This document shows positions 49,480 to 61,809 of a stretch of 64,000 nt of DNA, piece after piece. The notes under the pieces were generated by a model that did not search any database, was not told the origin of the DNA, and saw only the letters and a list, made by a program, of their open reading frames with translations. The position numbers and the translations under genes were made by a program. Within the stretch, counting starts at the first letter, position 1. Each line of letters opens with the position of its first letter. The DNA is from Camelus ferus (Eukaryota). The DNA lies in assembly GCF_009834535.1 (NCBI RefSeq), contig NC_045696.1, forward strand, positions 55,554,001 to 55,618,000, read 5' to 3'.

Positions 49480-50179
49480 TTTATTTCTTTTAATTGAAGT
49501 ATACTTGATGTACAATATTATACAAGTTACAGGTGTACAATATAGTGATTCACAATTTTTAAAGGTTATACTCTATTTAGTCATTATAGAATGTTGACTA
49601 TATCCCCTGTGCTGTACAATATATCCTGTAGCTTATTTTATACATAATAGTTGACACCTCTTAATCCCCTACCCCTATATTGCCCTGCCTACTCCCAACT
49701 GGTAACCACTAGTTTGTTCTCTGTATCTGTGAGTCTGCTTCTTTTTTGTTATATTCACTAGTCTGTTGTATTTTTTAGATTTTACATATAAGTGATATCA
49801 TACAGTAGGTGTCTTTCTCTGTCTGACTTATTTCACTTAGTTTAATACCCTCCAAGTCTATCCACGTTGTTGCAAATGGAAAAATCTCATTCTTTTTTAG
49901 TATCCCATTGTGTGTGTGTGTGTTTGTTTGTGTGTGTGTAACACCACATCTTTGTGATCCATTCATCTGTTGATGGACACTTAGGTTGCTTCTCAATCTT
50001 GGCAATTGTAAATAACACTGCTATGAACATTGCGGTGCATGTATCTTTTTGAATCAGTGGGATTTTTTTTCCAGACATATTGGCAGACGTGGAATTGCTG
50101 GGTCATATGGTAGCTCTAGTTTTTATTTTTTGGGAAGCCTCCTGTTTTCCACAGTGGCTGCACCAATTTACATTCCCAG
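49480..50179 (-). mobile_element. 5'-truncated L1 3' end in UPK1B intron 1
   Basis: ORF2 C-terminal remnant (CTAMFIAVLFTIAK...QPKCPSTDEWITKMW). Flanking TGTGGCT repeat. Confidence 0.85.
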
Positions 50180-52199
50180 TGTGGCTCTGTTTTAGAATGA
50201 AATTAAATCTCTAGAATTAGATGCCTTTACCATTCACTATCTGCTCTGGTCTGTCTGCTTCAAGAAACTGAGGCAAAAGTAAAGAAAAGTAATATTGGTT
50301 GGGTAACTAATAGTGCTAGAACTTCACATATTTTTTCATGTCATTTTCTCATGAACCCTTTAAGTATTACCACACCCGTTCAGAGATAAAGCTTAACAAG
50401 ATTAAGTAACTACCAGAGGTCACAGAACTGCTAAGTGGTGGAGCTGAGTCAAACCTGGGTCTATCCAAAGCTCATGTTCGTTCTACCTCCTGTTCTACAT
50501 CCAACCTGTTCTGTAATAAAGGTCTAGACAAATCATTCACTCATATATTCTTCATTCATTTAAATACACATTTTTAAAATTTATTTCATCTGCCCTTTTA
50601 CTGAGCAAAATAATTTACCGAGGGCCTGCCACGTGTAAGGCACTGTGCAACTTTGGACATAGAAAGACAAATAAAACAGGGTCCCAGAGCCTCCTCCTGC
50701 TTTGGAGACTCTTGCAGTGAAGTGCAGGGAGCCCTTTGTAGGTTGATACCAGGAGGAAAGAATGCACAAGGAGAGCAGAACAGAGTCCTCCCTGAGTAAT
50801 TTCTGTGTCAGGGAGAAAGCAGCCCCAGTACAGAGGAGGAAACTCAAGGGTCATCTCTGCATCACCTGGCAGTCTGGACCAGAGGCTGCAGAACTGGCCA
50901 AAGCCAGGGGATGAGGCCCAGCAGCGGGTGTTAACCGTTGAGGAATGCTGTTGGAATGCACAGAGGGCCCTCCCGTCTGGACATGCTGCCTGGTACCTGA
51001 TTCTGGCCGTACCCTGAGCACAACTGGGAAGCTTTTCCTCCTCTCCCAAAGAGATCGTCCCCCCATGAATCCTTCCATGGAAAATAAAGAGGAGCAAGGA
51101 TGGGAGGTTAGCAAGGCTTTTAGGACCCTCCCCCAGAGCAGTGCCTAAGCAGGGAGCAGAGGGAGGGTGAAAGGGGCTGCTTCACATCAGCTTAGACGCC
51201 TTGGCGGTGGGACCAGTAACCGTGAAAACCTCCCTCCTAGGCCTCCGGGGTCACTAGCACATACTGCAAAGCCGCAGTCCAGGAGCCTGCCCTTCCTAAA
51301 TAGCCTCCTGGTTATTATTCATAGTTTCTTATGTCTGCAAACGATCTTGGTATTTACCAATCACCTCCACATCTTTTATGTCAGCGGTCACAATAATCCC
51401 ATCAAATGAGATGTGTTTTATCCATTTTATAAGTGAGGAAATAGACACTGAGTTGGTGTTGCCAGGTTTACCCAGTAAGGACCGAGCAAGACCAGGTTTG
51501 AACCTTGGCCTTCTAACCCCAAGTCCGGTGTGCTCACCGTTAGACACAGCCAGTATACCACCCTGCGAGCTGCCAGAAACCTACACTTGGCAGCCACCCC
51601 TCTTGACGTTTGTGGCTGTTTAGGGGATGCAGCACATGCTTTAGGTCTTCCAGACACCAGCCTAGTGTCAATACCAGCGGCCGCGGAGGGGCTGTGAGCG
51701 CTGGCTCTCACCCCGACCTGCACGTCTGCCCCTCTTGCTCTGAAGAACCCTGCTCCCAGGCGCGGGCGGGGGCACCGCAGGTCTGGGATACATCTAGCTG
51801 GACTTTCTGGAACAAGGTGTGGGTGCAGCACTGGGTCTGGGGGAAATGCACAAACATTAGTGTGGTTTCGAGGGGCTACAGAGGCAAGAACGTAGAAAAG
51901 TGAATGAAGAGACGCCTGGAGAGTCTGACCTTTGCAAACAGGCTCATCTCAGCGGGGAAATGTAGTATCTGCTCTCTCTGCTCCAGGCTTGGTGAGGAAG
52001 TGAGCAAGGTGTTTTGTTTTGTTTTGTTTCCTACTGAAAGTATTAACCACGTTGCAAGTCTTTACAAAGTACGATGTTAAGTAAATGATCTGGAGCTGGG
52101 CAGATCTGGGTTTGAATCTCAGCTTTTACATTATCTAGCAACGTGACCTGGGCCAAGTAATTAATCTCTTTAAGCCTCCTTTTCTTCATCTGCAAAATG

Positions 52200-52384
52200 G
52201 CAAGAAAACAGATTCTCCCCAGATCTTCCAGAAGGAGGGCAGCTCTGCTGACACCTAGATTTTAGCCCAGAGGGACTCATTCCACACTTCCGGCCCCCAG
52301 AATAATACAAGATAATACCTGTGTGTTGTTTGAAGTCACTAAGTTTGTGGTAATTGGTTGCAACAGCAGTAAGTAACCAATACA
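52200..52384 (+). mobile_element. MLT1 LTR 3' fragment inserted into a MIR (~52090-52470)
   Basis: AAGTCACTAAGTTTGTGGTAATT...CAGCAGTAAG.AACCAATACA end. The MIR core CTTCATCTGCAAAATGG is interrupted. Confidence 0.7.
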
Positions 52385-55136
52385 GATTTTGGTAAAAATA
52401 CCCATCTCTCAGGTCTATTGAGCGGATGAACAGAGTGCTAACATGTGCCAAGACCATCGTAAGTCTCGCTAAATGACAACTTACATCAACACTTTGCTAT
52501 TTTGTGCCATTATCTAAAAAATGATGTGCCACTGAAGGAGCAGAAGCGGGAGAAGAGGAGGGCGCGGAGTGAAACCGGAGAAACAGCTGGCAGGCAGCAA
52601 CTTCAGCGCACGTGCCCATCGGCACAGGCCTGCCTTCTGTAAATCAGCCTCCGCCGGGCTGCCCCTGGCCTCTCCGACCTCATGCTTGTCAAGATTTCTT
52701 CTCTCTTCCTTTCGCCGAAGCCAAACTCCTACCTGCCTCTTTCCTTCTGTTTTTCCACCCTGGTCTGCATTTCCCCACCCTAATTCTGACTTGCAGTTCT
52801 CCCACAGAGGATTCCTATGTCCCTTTGAAAACTCTGTGCGGCAGAGTCATCTTTGGGAAAGAATGACTCTTAGGAACATAACTGGGTCACTTGGACCAAA
52901 TCCCTTGTTCAGGGTCCCATCAGCTCCTTCTGGACCAATAAAGCCCTCTTTCTTTCCTACCTGCCTTCTTTTCTCTCCATAGCCCTACTTTCTTCCTTTA
53001 TTCTACTGTGTACAGTCATTTTTGCTTTGAGTCCATGTTGCTATAATCATACTTCAGATTCCTTGAAAGAACAAATTGTCTTCTTTCTGTTCTTTGAGGC
53101 CCACCTAATGACCACAAATAGGCGGCTCCCTGCAAAGGGGTCCTAATTGATCCTGGGTGATAATGGGCTGAATCTGGACTCTCCAGATTTTTGCCCTTTA
53201 CTCTGTACATGAACTTGTGTTGTCTGAACTTTCACCTTTCATGGTCTATTTATCTATGTCTCTAGTTTAGATGGTAACCCATCTGGTCAGGAGCGATATC
53301 TGTGCATTCCTGTAGTAAACTTTACAATGTGGCTGAGCCAGCTACGTGAGTGAGGCTCACCTTGGGGGAGGTTGTGCATTAACTCCTTCAGGGCCTCCAG
53401 CTCCACTCAGTCTAGTGTGCAACCATCTCAGGAAAGGACAAATGACATTTCTAAGCCCAAAATGACATTTCCAAGCAGAAAGAAATGAACGGCATTTCTA
53501 AGCAGAAGCTACGCATAGGGATTTTGTAACAGTGGCCCAGTTTCTTCTACTCACTCAGCAAACATTGATGGAGTCCCCACCATATGACCCGAAAACACTC
53601 ATAAATTTCAGCCCCTTCAGTCCCCACCACTACCCAGGTGAAGAGGTAAAGGAAAATACTTAGAGATGTTTGAGATTACTTGGAAGGTGGGTAATAACTT
53701 ACGTGAGAGTGTAATGATGAAGTTAAATTTAGCAAGGTCTGAGTCAGATAGAAGGCTTGCCTCCCACGGGTTCCCCACACAAACCGGAACTTCAGCCAAA
53801 CTGGCTGATCTGCTATCTTCTGGGCTCCTTTGCTCTTCCAGGGCTCTGCTCCCTAACCGCCCCTTTCCTTTTACCTCCAAGGTCACACCCCACCTTCTTC
53901 CCACACCCACCTCTACTCGACCATACACATTCTGCCAGCCTCACCTGTTTCCTCCTCAGAACTCCCACGGTACTCAGGGTCTCACTAGATTCATTACAGT
54001 GATGTCGGAACACAGCTTCCCCACTACAGCGTAAAATCCTAGAATACAGCAGTCTTGCTAATGTATCTTTGTTATGCCTCAAAATGCAGCTTGTGTCATA
54101 TTATACATTTTGATTTAGAGCATGAGTACGTGAAGTGGATAGTTAATTTAATTAATAAAACACTGAGATATGTGGATGGCTTATCTCCAGGTAATTCAAA
54201 TGCAAAAGCCAAAATAATTGACCCAAACACTTACCCTTGTGTTCCTTCCAGAGAATCCCCAGGGAGGGAAAGACTCATTTTTTTTTTAAGTTCCATATTC
54301 AGCAGTAAACCTTGTAAATAATTCCTGGGAGCCAGCGTGGGCTGGGGGACAGCACTGGGGCTGTGGAGTCGTGCAGACCAAGGTCTCCAGCCCTTCCACT
54401 TCCTGGGTTGTATGACCCCAGGGGACTTAATTCACCAGTTTAAGCTTTAGTGTCCTCATCTGCAAAATGGAGCCCCCTCACCCTCTTTCTCTATCTAATT
54501 GGGTTATGAGAATTACATGTGTGTATGTAGAGCGCCTAGTGGAGTGGCACCTGGGGGGAACTAAATGTTAGCCCCTCTCTCCCACCTCCCCCTCCTCTTA
54601 TGTGACAGGGTATTTTTAATTTGCCATCTCCATTGAAACATACAAAACATCCTGAAAAGAATGATTTTTAACAGCTGCCCAGAGTCCACATGGGAACCAA
54701 TTGCCAACTCTGGGCGCAAGTTTACCCTTTGGGTTTCAGTCTGCCGTGAGCGAGGGCAGGAAGAGGCATCCCAGGGACCCTTGCGTGTTTCATTGCCACC
54801 GCAGGTCGGCCCTCGGCGACTTGGGGGCTGCGGTTCCTCACTCAGAAGGACACTGTCTGTATGTTCCTTACCTAAAGAACTCCGGAAAGTCACCGATCAG
54901 ACGCAGGCTGGCTTTACCGTTTTTCCCCTTCTTCAAAAAATTACAGTGATTACAGAACTTAGTAACCAAACTTCCTCCATCACTAAATGGTTGCATGGCT
55001 TGGTCTGGAAGACGAGAAGGCAGTGCATGATGGCGTGACGTGGTCACTCTTTAGAACTTGCAGCAATCTTTTTCACCTGCTCCTGTCAGGTTGTAATGTT
55101 CTCAACTGTGTCCTCAGCCCCGGGGAAATCCTGAAG

Positions 55137-55205
55137 ATGACCAAAGACGAGTCCACTGTTCGTTGCTTCCAGAGCCTGCTGATTTTTGGAAATGTGATTG
55201 TCGGT
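55137..55205 (+). CDS. UPK1B: Uroplakin-1b (tetraspanin) exon 2, first coding exon MTKDESTVRCFQSLLIFGNVIVG
   Basis: AAGATG start, 69 coding nt, donor GGT|GTAAGT. The acceptor is either TCCTCAG|55118 or CTGTCAG|55090. Confidence 0.95.
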
Positions 55206-56189
55206 GTAAGTAATGAGTATTTTCCAGGAAATGCTGCTCTCCCCGTAATCATGATTTTAGATCAATCAAATGTGAGAGCTGAAAGGAAAATAATGATATC
55301 ATTCCTGCCTCTCTACGTCTTTTCTGCCACTTAAGAAATGTGTTGGTAAAACATGCCAGCTAGACTTGAACTGTATATATAGTCATATATAACTGTGTAA
55401 TATATCAAAAGGCCATGTTGAAAAAAATAGGTATTTCCCTCCCAACTTTAAAACACAAGAATCTAAAGGGAGTCGTGCCAACCATGGTCAGCATCCAAGC
55501 ACTCCCACACACACACTGGTGTGTCTTTCCTATTCCACCTTGATTTGATTTGTATGGACCCTGCTGTTAAGGTTGGTGGGGAAAGAGGTTTGCATCTTGT
55601 TCTGGCCATATGCAGGCCAGGACCGGGATGTGAGAGCAGCTCAGAGGCCAGGCTGCTGGGCACGTTGTGGTGAGAGTCAAGATCACTGGCTCTGGGCCCA
55701 GCCCTGCCTCTGACTCTGTGATCCTGGACAGGTCATTGCCTTTCGGAGACAAGATCCCTCATCTATAAAATCCAGTGGGAAAGATAACAACCAAGGTTCC
55801 TTCTGGCTCTAATGTTCAGTGGCTCTCTGGCACTGATAAATATAACCAGGACCAGCTTAAATATTACAGTCCAGGAATTCGAGCGGTGGGCAGTGGAAAT
55901 GGGGTGGGAGGATATCTTCATACAAGAAGTCATTGTTTGAGTGGTTCATGCCCCAAGGGTTTTATAGGTGTTCTGAAATTGTCTGGGTCTTCTCCCAAAG
56001 AGCAGTAAGATGGAGCAAAATGTGGAAGGAGGCATGCAACCAATTTGTAGGATGGAGGGGGCCGTTTGATTTCCTTAGTTGTGTAAAGCCTATGCAGGGG
56101 ATGGAGTTAGTCTCTCTTGCCCTCCCCCCCATCCCTTTCCCAACTATGCTCTCCTGGCTGCTGGCCTGACAGAACCCCTCTGCCCCTAG

Positions 56190-56390
56190 ATGTGTGGCAT
56201 TGCCCTGACAGCAGAGTGCATCTTCTTTGTATCCGACCAACACAGCCTCTACCCTCTGCTTGAAGCCACTGACAATGATGACATCTATGGGGCAGCCTGG
56301 ATCGGCATGTTTGTTGGCATCTGCCTCTTCTGCCTATCTGTCCTAGGCATCGTAGGCATCCTAAAGTCCAACAGAAAAGTTCTTCTGGCG
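56190..56390 (+). CDS. UPK1B: UPK1B exon 3 (TM1 end, small loop, TM2)
   Basis: CCCCTAG| ... GCG|GTAAGA, 201 nt, MCGIALTAECIFFVSDQHSLYPLLEATDNDDIYGAAWIG... Confidence 0.97.
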
Positions 56391-58041
56391 GTAAGACCTT
56401 AAAACTCTCTACATTTGTGTCCTGGGCTAATTCTGATGGATTGTTGCTTCTTTCCTGAGCACAATGCTTTAGCTTTTAGTGGGGTAGGTGGGAGCAGAGG
56501 ATCCCAGGTGAGGGGTGAGAAGAGGGCAAGACTCTCCCTGCCATGAAGATTGTCCATGTAGGAGCCAGGATGCCCTCCACTATTGCAAGTCCAGGAGATT
56601 CCAGTACAGAGAACCCAAAGAGAAGAGACCTGGGGGGTCACCTGTTGAGTATTTCCACATCTGCGTTTCTCCAGCGGGTGTCTGCATGCACCCAGCAGAT
56701 GCAGCTGGGAGATCCACTGGCCAGAAAAGAGACATAGTGAGAACTTGATAATTAGATTTTTTTCTCTTGAGAATAAGTAGTTTAAAGTAAGCATTTTCAT
56801 ATGAATCAAGTGTTGCTAGATTAGCATATAAATCACAAAATATGCATGAATTTTTAAGAAAAACCATGAGCCTTTGTAGACATTTTTGAGCTCAAGGCTG
56901 ATAATTTTGTAGGATGGCTTACACTTCCCATTTTACATGCTCATTCTGCTTTTTAGGGACCCTGGAAACCCTTGCTGGGCACCATTGCAGAGAACAGCCC
57001 TAGCTCCCATCTGCCTCTGGAGGATCTAATCCTGTGCACCCACAGGGAGACTCTGCCCCAAACCACACACAGCAGGTGGGGCCCTGCCTTTGCAGATAGA
57101 AGCAAATTGGCAGCCAGCAGGGCTCTCTCTGCCCCAGTGCTCAGGACAGCAGTTTCCTATTTTGCAATGAGGTCCCACCCCCACTCCCTACCCCTGAAAT
57201 TACTCTCCTACCCAAATGCTGCAAGCCCCGAGTTCCACCTTCATGGAACGAGTCCAGCAGGCTCAGGTGACTGTTGGTTTGCTTTTCCTGTGAACTGACA
57301 CCGCCCCGGTACCCGGGGAATGCAGAACATTGACATTCTCTGGGCCATTAGTGTGAGTTAGTTCTCGGGCAAAAGCACTCACTTTTGCAGGGTGGGGAAA
57401 GGAATTCAGGGAAAGGTAAAGAAGGAGCAGGTGTCCTTGGAGACGAGCTTCAGCTGCATCCTGGTCCCGCTTTGAGCCAGTCACGCATGCCTGGCCCAGC
57501 TGGGAGACCTGGGTAGGGGAACATCCTTTACCGTGCCGGGCAGGGAGACAGGGCAGTGCACCCTTGACAGGGCTGAAGGAAAAAAACACCTGCAGACTAT
57601 GCCTCCTTAGAGCATCTCTAAGGGGGTTCTGAGCCTCTTTAAGGGGAGCCAGCAAAGCTCTCAACAAAGCAAGGCAGCAGCTAATACAGGAGGGGAAAGT
57701 TGATGAGGCCTCTGAAGGGAGGCCTGCCATTAGCTGGGAGTTAACAGTAGCCAAAGCCTTTCCCTGGGCCGAATGGTTAAGGCAGCAGGAGGTTAGGGCA
57801 GCAGCTGCTGTAGGAGCCTCCCCTGCCCAGAGACGAAGAACCGTTTTCCCAGCGCCCCTCTGCCGACAGTGCCCACAGAAGAACCCAAGGACCAAGAGCA
57901 TGTGTGCAAGGCTGAGGAGGACAGCAAAGACAGAACTCCTCCAAATAGACCCCGCCCCAGATTCACAGGTTATTTCTCCTTCAGATATTTTCCAGCCATA
58001 AATAGGGGCAGTGTGGCTTGGAGGCATCACGTGTGCGTGCT

Positions 58042-58045
<4 letters not shown>

Positions 58046-58097
<52 letters not shown>
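58046..58097. repeat. (CA)26 microsatellite in UPK1B intron 3
   Basis: Read directly. Confidence 0.98.
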
Positions 58098-58100
<3 letters not shown>

Positions 58101-58720
58101 CCAACAGAAACACAAGATGCGCTCTGTTTCACCCGCCTGACCTGATGTAACTAGAGTGGGGTGAGTGGGAGAAGATGCCAGGGAAGAGAGAGCTGTGTAC
58201 CTGGAGGCTGCCTGTTCCTCTCTGATGAGACTGGACATTATCAGAAGGGATGATGGATATTAAACACGATTCAGTTCATCTTATTCTGACCTCGGTAATC
58301 CTAAATTTTCAGTAAACCATAAAGAAAATGTCTCCCCATGAGAGGGGATTTATGAGGCTCTACATAGTATGTGATACACTAAGACTGTCTTGCCAGCCAT
58401 TGAAAACACACACACACCCGACAGAGTCCATTCTCTTGTGTTTGATTTTCCCAGTTAAAATAGAAATGCAGGATACTGAACTGAGAAAGCTCTGTATTCA
58501 CTAGTCATTTGTTCTCCGGGAAAAGAAGAGAATGGAGCTGATTAGCACCAAGTCTGGCTCCAAGCAGCTGATCAATGAAGGTTTGATGAAAGATTACGTG
58601 AATGATTGGGTAATTATATTTAGGTGAACGTGCTGCTGAAAACATAGCAATTATTTGTTTAAAAAAAAAATCTCTTTAGAAGTAGATGTAACTCTTTCAT
58701 TCCTTTTGTTTCCCTTCCAG

Positions 58721-58795
58721 TATTTCATTCTGATGTTCATCGTGTACGGCTTTGAAGTGGCATCTTGTATCACAGCAGCAACGCAGCGAGACTTT
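58721..58795 (+). CDS. UPK1B: UPK1B exon 4 (TM3)
   Basis: CTTCCAG| ... TTT|GTGAGT, 75 nt, YFILMFIVYGFEVASCITAATQRDF. Confidence 0.97.
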
Positions 58796-59463
58796 GTGAG
58801 TACAGCCTCAAACAGCGTAGCGCAGAGACGGTCGTGTGAGTCATCACCGTTGTCACAATAATGTAATAACCGACATGTATTAAGCCCTTACCCTGTACCA
58901 GGCATTGTAATATGCCGCTTAATAATAAACATATAATTTTGCTTAATTCTCATTATGACCCTGTGAAATAGGTATTAACACTGTTGTCATTTTATAGATA
59001 AAAATTAAAATGTGACTTGAAAAGTCCAAGGTTACACAGCTGGTGAAAGAGTGGAATCCTGCGTCCAGGCAGTGTGAGTCCCAGGGCCAGGCTCTTCTCC
59101 ACTCTGCCCTGCCGCTAGCCTTCCAAGAGGATGATCAATAATCCGCCACATCTAGACTTCCTCTCAACTCAGCACCCTGCTTTCTCTCCTTTTCTCCGTC
59201 CTCTAGCCTAAGCCACCCTACAGTGCCTGTCCGTCCTGGTCTCATTAGGGTTTCTTTGGAGATGGGGGTCTTCTCCCTACAGAGGACTTCAGCCTCCCAG
59301 AGCAGCTTTACACCTGCCCACAGCCCTACTCAGTGGCGCTGAATACAGGTTTATTCCAAGAGACAGTGTTTAGTGCCCCCAGCAGCCGGTCTAGCAAATC
59401 GCTTTGTCTCCTTGACGATTTGTGTGTTAACTCTTCCTCTTGTGTTGCCTCCTCCCACCATAG

Positions 59464-59587
59464 TTCACACGCAACCTCTTCCTGAAGCAGATGCTGGAGA
59501 GGATACCAAAACAACAGCCCTCCAAACAACGACGACCAGTGGAAAAACAATGGAGTCACCAGGACCTGGGACCGGCTCATGCTCCAG
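59464..59587 (+). CDS. UPK1B: UPK1B exon 5, with an apparent +1 frameshift at ~59501-59503
   Basis: CCATAG| ... CAG|GTGATG, 124 nt. FTRNLFLKQMLER lies in one frame and YQNNSPPNNDDQWKNNGVTRTWDRLMLQ in the next. Confidence 0.93.
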
Positions 59588-60891
59588 GTGATGCCTGCCG
59601 TTGTGGGGCGATGCCACTTTGTACCTAAACTAGTTACCAGAGGTGCACACATGGCTGAGAGGGAAGCCAAAGTGTGCAGACCACAGCCTCCAGGGGGCTT
59701 CCTTCAAAAAGACAGGTTCTATTCCGCTTATTTACTGGCAGGGACTGGGGGTGCACACGTGACTCAGTGGAACCCCTAGATCTGTATTTTAAGCCATGAT
59801 GTTGATGAGCTTCCATTTATGAGAAATGACCTTGTCAAGAAATTTGGATTAATCAGACGCTCTACTTCTTAGAATTCAGGCATCACTTACATCAAAAAAT
59901 TGTTGCTCCTCCACCCCACAGTGAACTCAAGTGGCAATAATTGTCTATTTTGCTTCTTTAGTACATTTTCATACCTGTAGCTTACCTTGTTAAGGACCAT
60001 GGGCTGTGACTTGATTTGATCATCCAGTTTTCACTAATTTGTCATACCTTATTCCAAGTTTACCTCAGGTACTAACAAAAGTACAAGTCTTTCAGAATAC
60101 CCACTATCACCCCTACATTGTGTAAGTATATAAATTCTTATCCCCGACATAAGCCCTCATGTGACCCAACTCTCCCACGACCCCCCACGTCCCCTCCTCA
60201 CCCAACCTCCAGTGCTTCACAGGCCATCATCAGCAAACTCCCTTAGAGCCTCCACCCTTCTTTGAACTCTCTTTACCATCATCTTCTACAGTTCCCTTCA
60301 TTGATTCTAATATTCCTGTTCTATCATTTTTTAGTGCATTAGGACCTCCAATGTATAGGCCACTTTTTCACTCCCTATCACTCTTCTGACTATAGGTCAA
60401 ATATTTTTTCCACTCTTAGCAAAGAACTAAACTTTTCAAATGAAAATGTGAATGCTCACACAGTTGAAAAATCCACTTACCATTTTTTTAAAGCCCAGGC
60501 TGAAGTAAGTCTGGTTCAGACTTAACCATTTCCCCCAAAAATGCTCAGGTCAAATTACAGAATGAGATAATTTCCATAATCTAGTGGCAAACAGGATATA
60601 CTTTTAAGGCAGTTGCTTTATCACCAAGTTTGCTGGATATATTTATTCTAACAGTTGAGAGATGCCATAGTTTTAATTTCTTCCCGTAGAAGCATTTTAG
60701 CATAATTTATAAAAAGGTAGGAAACTGATATACACTGTGTTTTATCCTTTATCCTCAGTTTTATCCGGAGTGTAAGGATATGAGCTATGTGTTAGGAGAT
60801 CTTCCTTTCCTATGTCAATTCATACCTGTGTGCCATCAGGTTTTGGTTATTTTCTTCCAATTTATTTTCTCCCATTATAAAAATAAAACTT

Positions 60892-61046
60892 GGGGCAGGG
60901 GAGGGTATAGCTCAGTGGTAGAGCATGTGCTTAGCATGCACAAGGTCCTGGGTTCAATCCCCAGTGCCTCCATTAAAAATAAATAAATACATAAACCGAA
61001 TTACCTCTCCTCTCCAAAACAAAAACAAAACAAAAAAAGTGAAAAA
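60892..61046 (+). mobile_element. tRNA-Ala-derived SINE (Vic-1-like), second copy, in UPK1B intron 5
   Basis: GGGGAGGGTATAGCTCAGTGGTAGAGC...GGTTCAATCCCCAG head and the same tail layout as the 10.25 kb copy. Confidence 0.87.
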
Positions 61047-61629
61047 GGATCTTATTTTAAAAATAATAATATATAATTGCTCCAGAAAATGTTGTAAGTG
61101 TAGAAAAGTAAAACAAGAATAACTCATAATGTCTTCACCACCAAAATTTTAATTTTCTGATTCTCAATTTGCTCATATGTAATATGAGAATAATTATAAA
61201 TCTCTCACATTGTTGTATCAAGAGATTAGCATTAATAATGACTGACATTTATTAAGGGTTTACAATAGGCCAGGCACTGTGCTGAACACGTTAAATGTAT
61301 TAACTTATTTAATCCTCACACAACTCTATGAGGTAAATACTACATTTGTCCCAATTTTGCAGTTAAGTAAAATGAGGCTTAGAAAGTTTAACTTGTCAAA
61401 GACTCTAGAGCTCATTAATGGCTACTAAACTAATAAATGTAAAAGTATTTTGCAACTGCTAAAATGAAATACCTTAAAAATACCTTCAGTTCTCGTTTGG
61501 GGATCTTTGGTAAACCTTAAGATACGGTACACTTTCCATATCTTCTTTCTCCATAAAATTTCAGTCGCTACATTGGTGAGTCTAGCAAGGATCATGGAAG
61601 AGAATTTTCTCTCTCTCATCTGCCGACAG

Positions 61630-61809
61630 GACAATTGCTGTGGTGTGAATGGTCCATCAGACTGGCAGAAATACACATCTGCCTTCCGGACAGAGAATAA
61701 CGATGCTGACTATCCCTGGCCTCGTCAGTGCTGTGTTATGAACAATCTTAAAGAACCTCTCAACCTGGAGGCCTGCAAACTCGGAGTACCTGGTTACTAT
61801 CACAATCAG
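61630..61809 (+). CDS. UPK1B: UPK1B exon 6 (large extracellular loop with tetraspanin CCG motif)
   Basis: GACAG| ... CAG|GTGAGT, 180 nt, DNCCGVNGPSDWQKY...WPRQCCVMN...ACKLGVPGYYHNQ. Confidence 0.97.

Noticed and set aside
57263..58132. 289-aa minus-strand ORF
   Set aside because: Antisense to a UPK1B intron, non-ATG start, VCVC run comes from the (CA)n repeat, no recognisable domain.
60897..60972. tRNA-Ala gene (also ~10250-10325)
   Set aside because: Degenerate stems, SINE tail and TSD; these are retroposed SINE heads.
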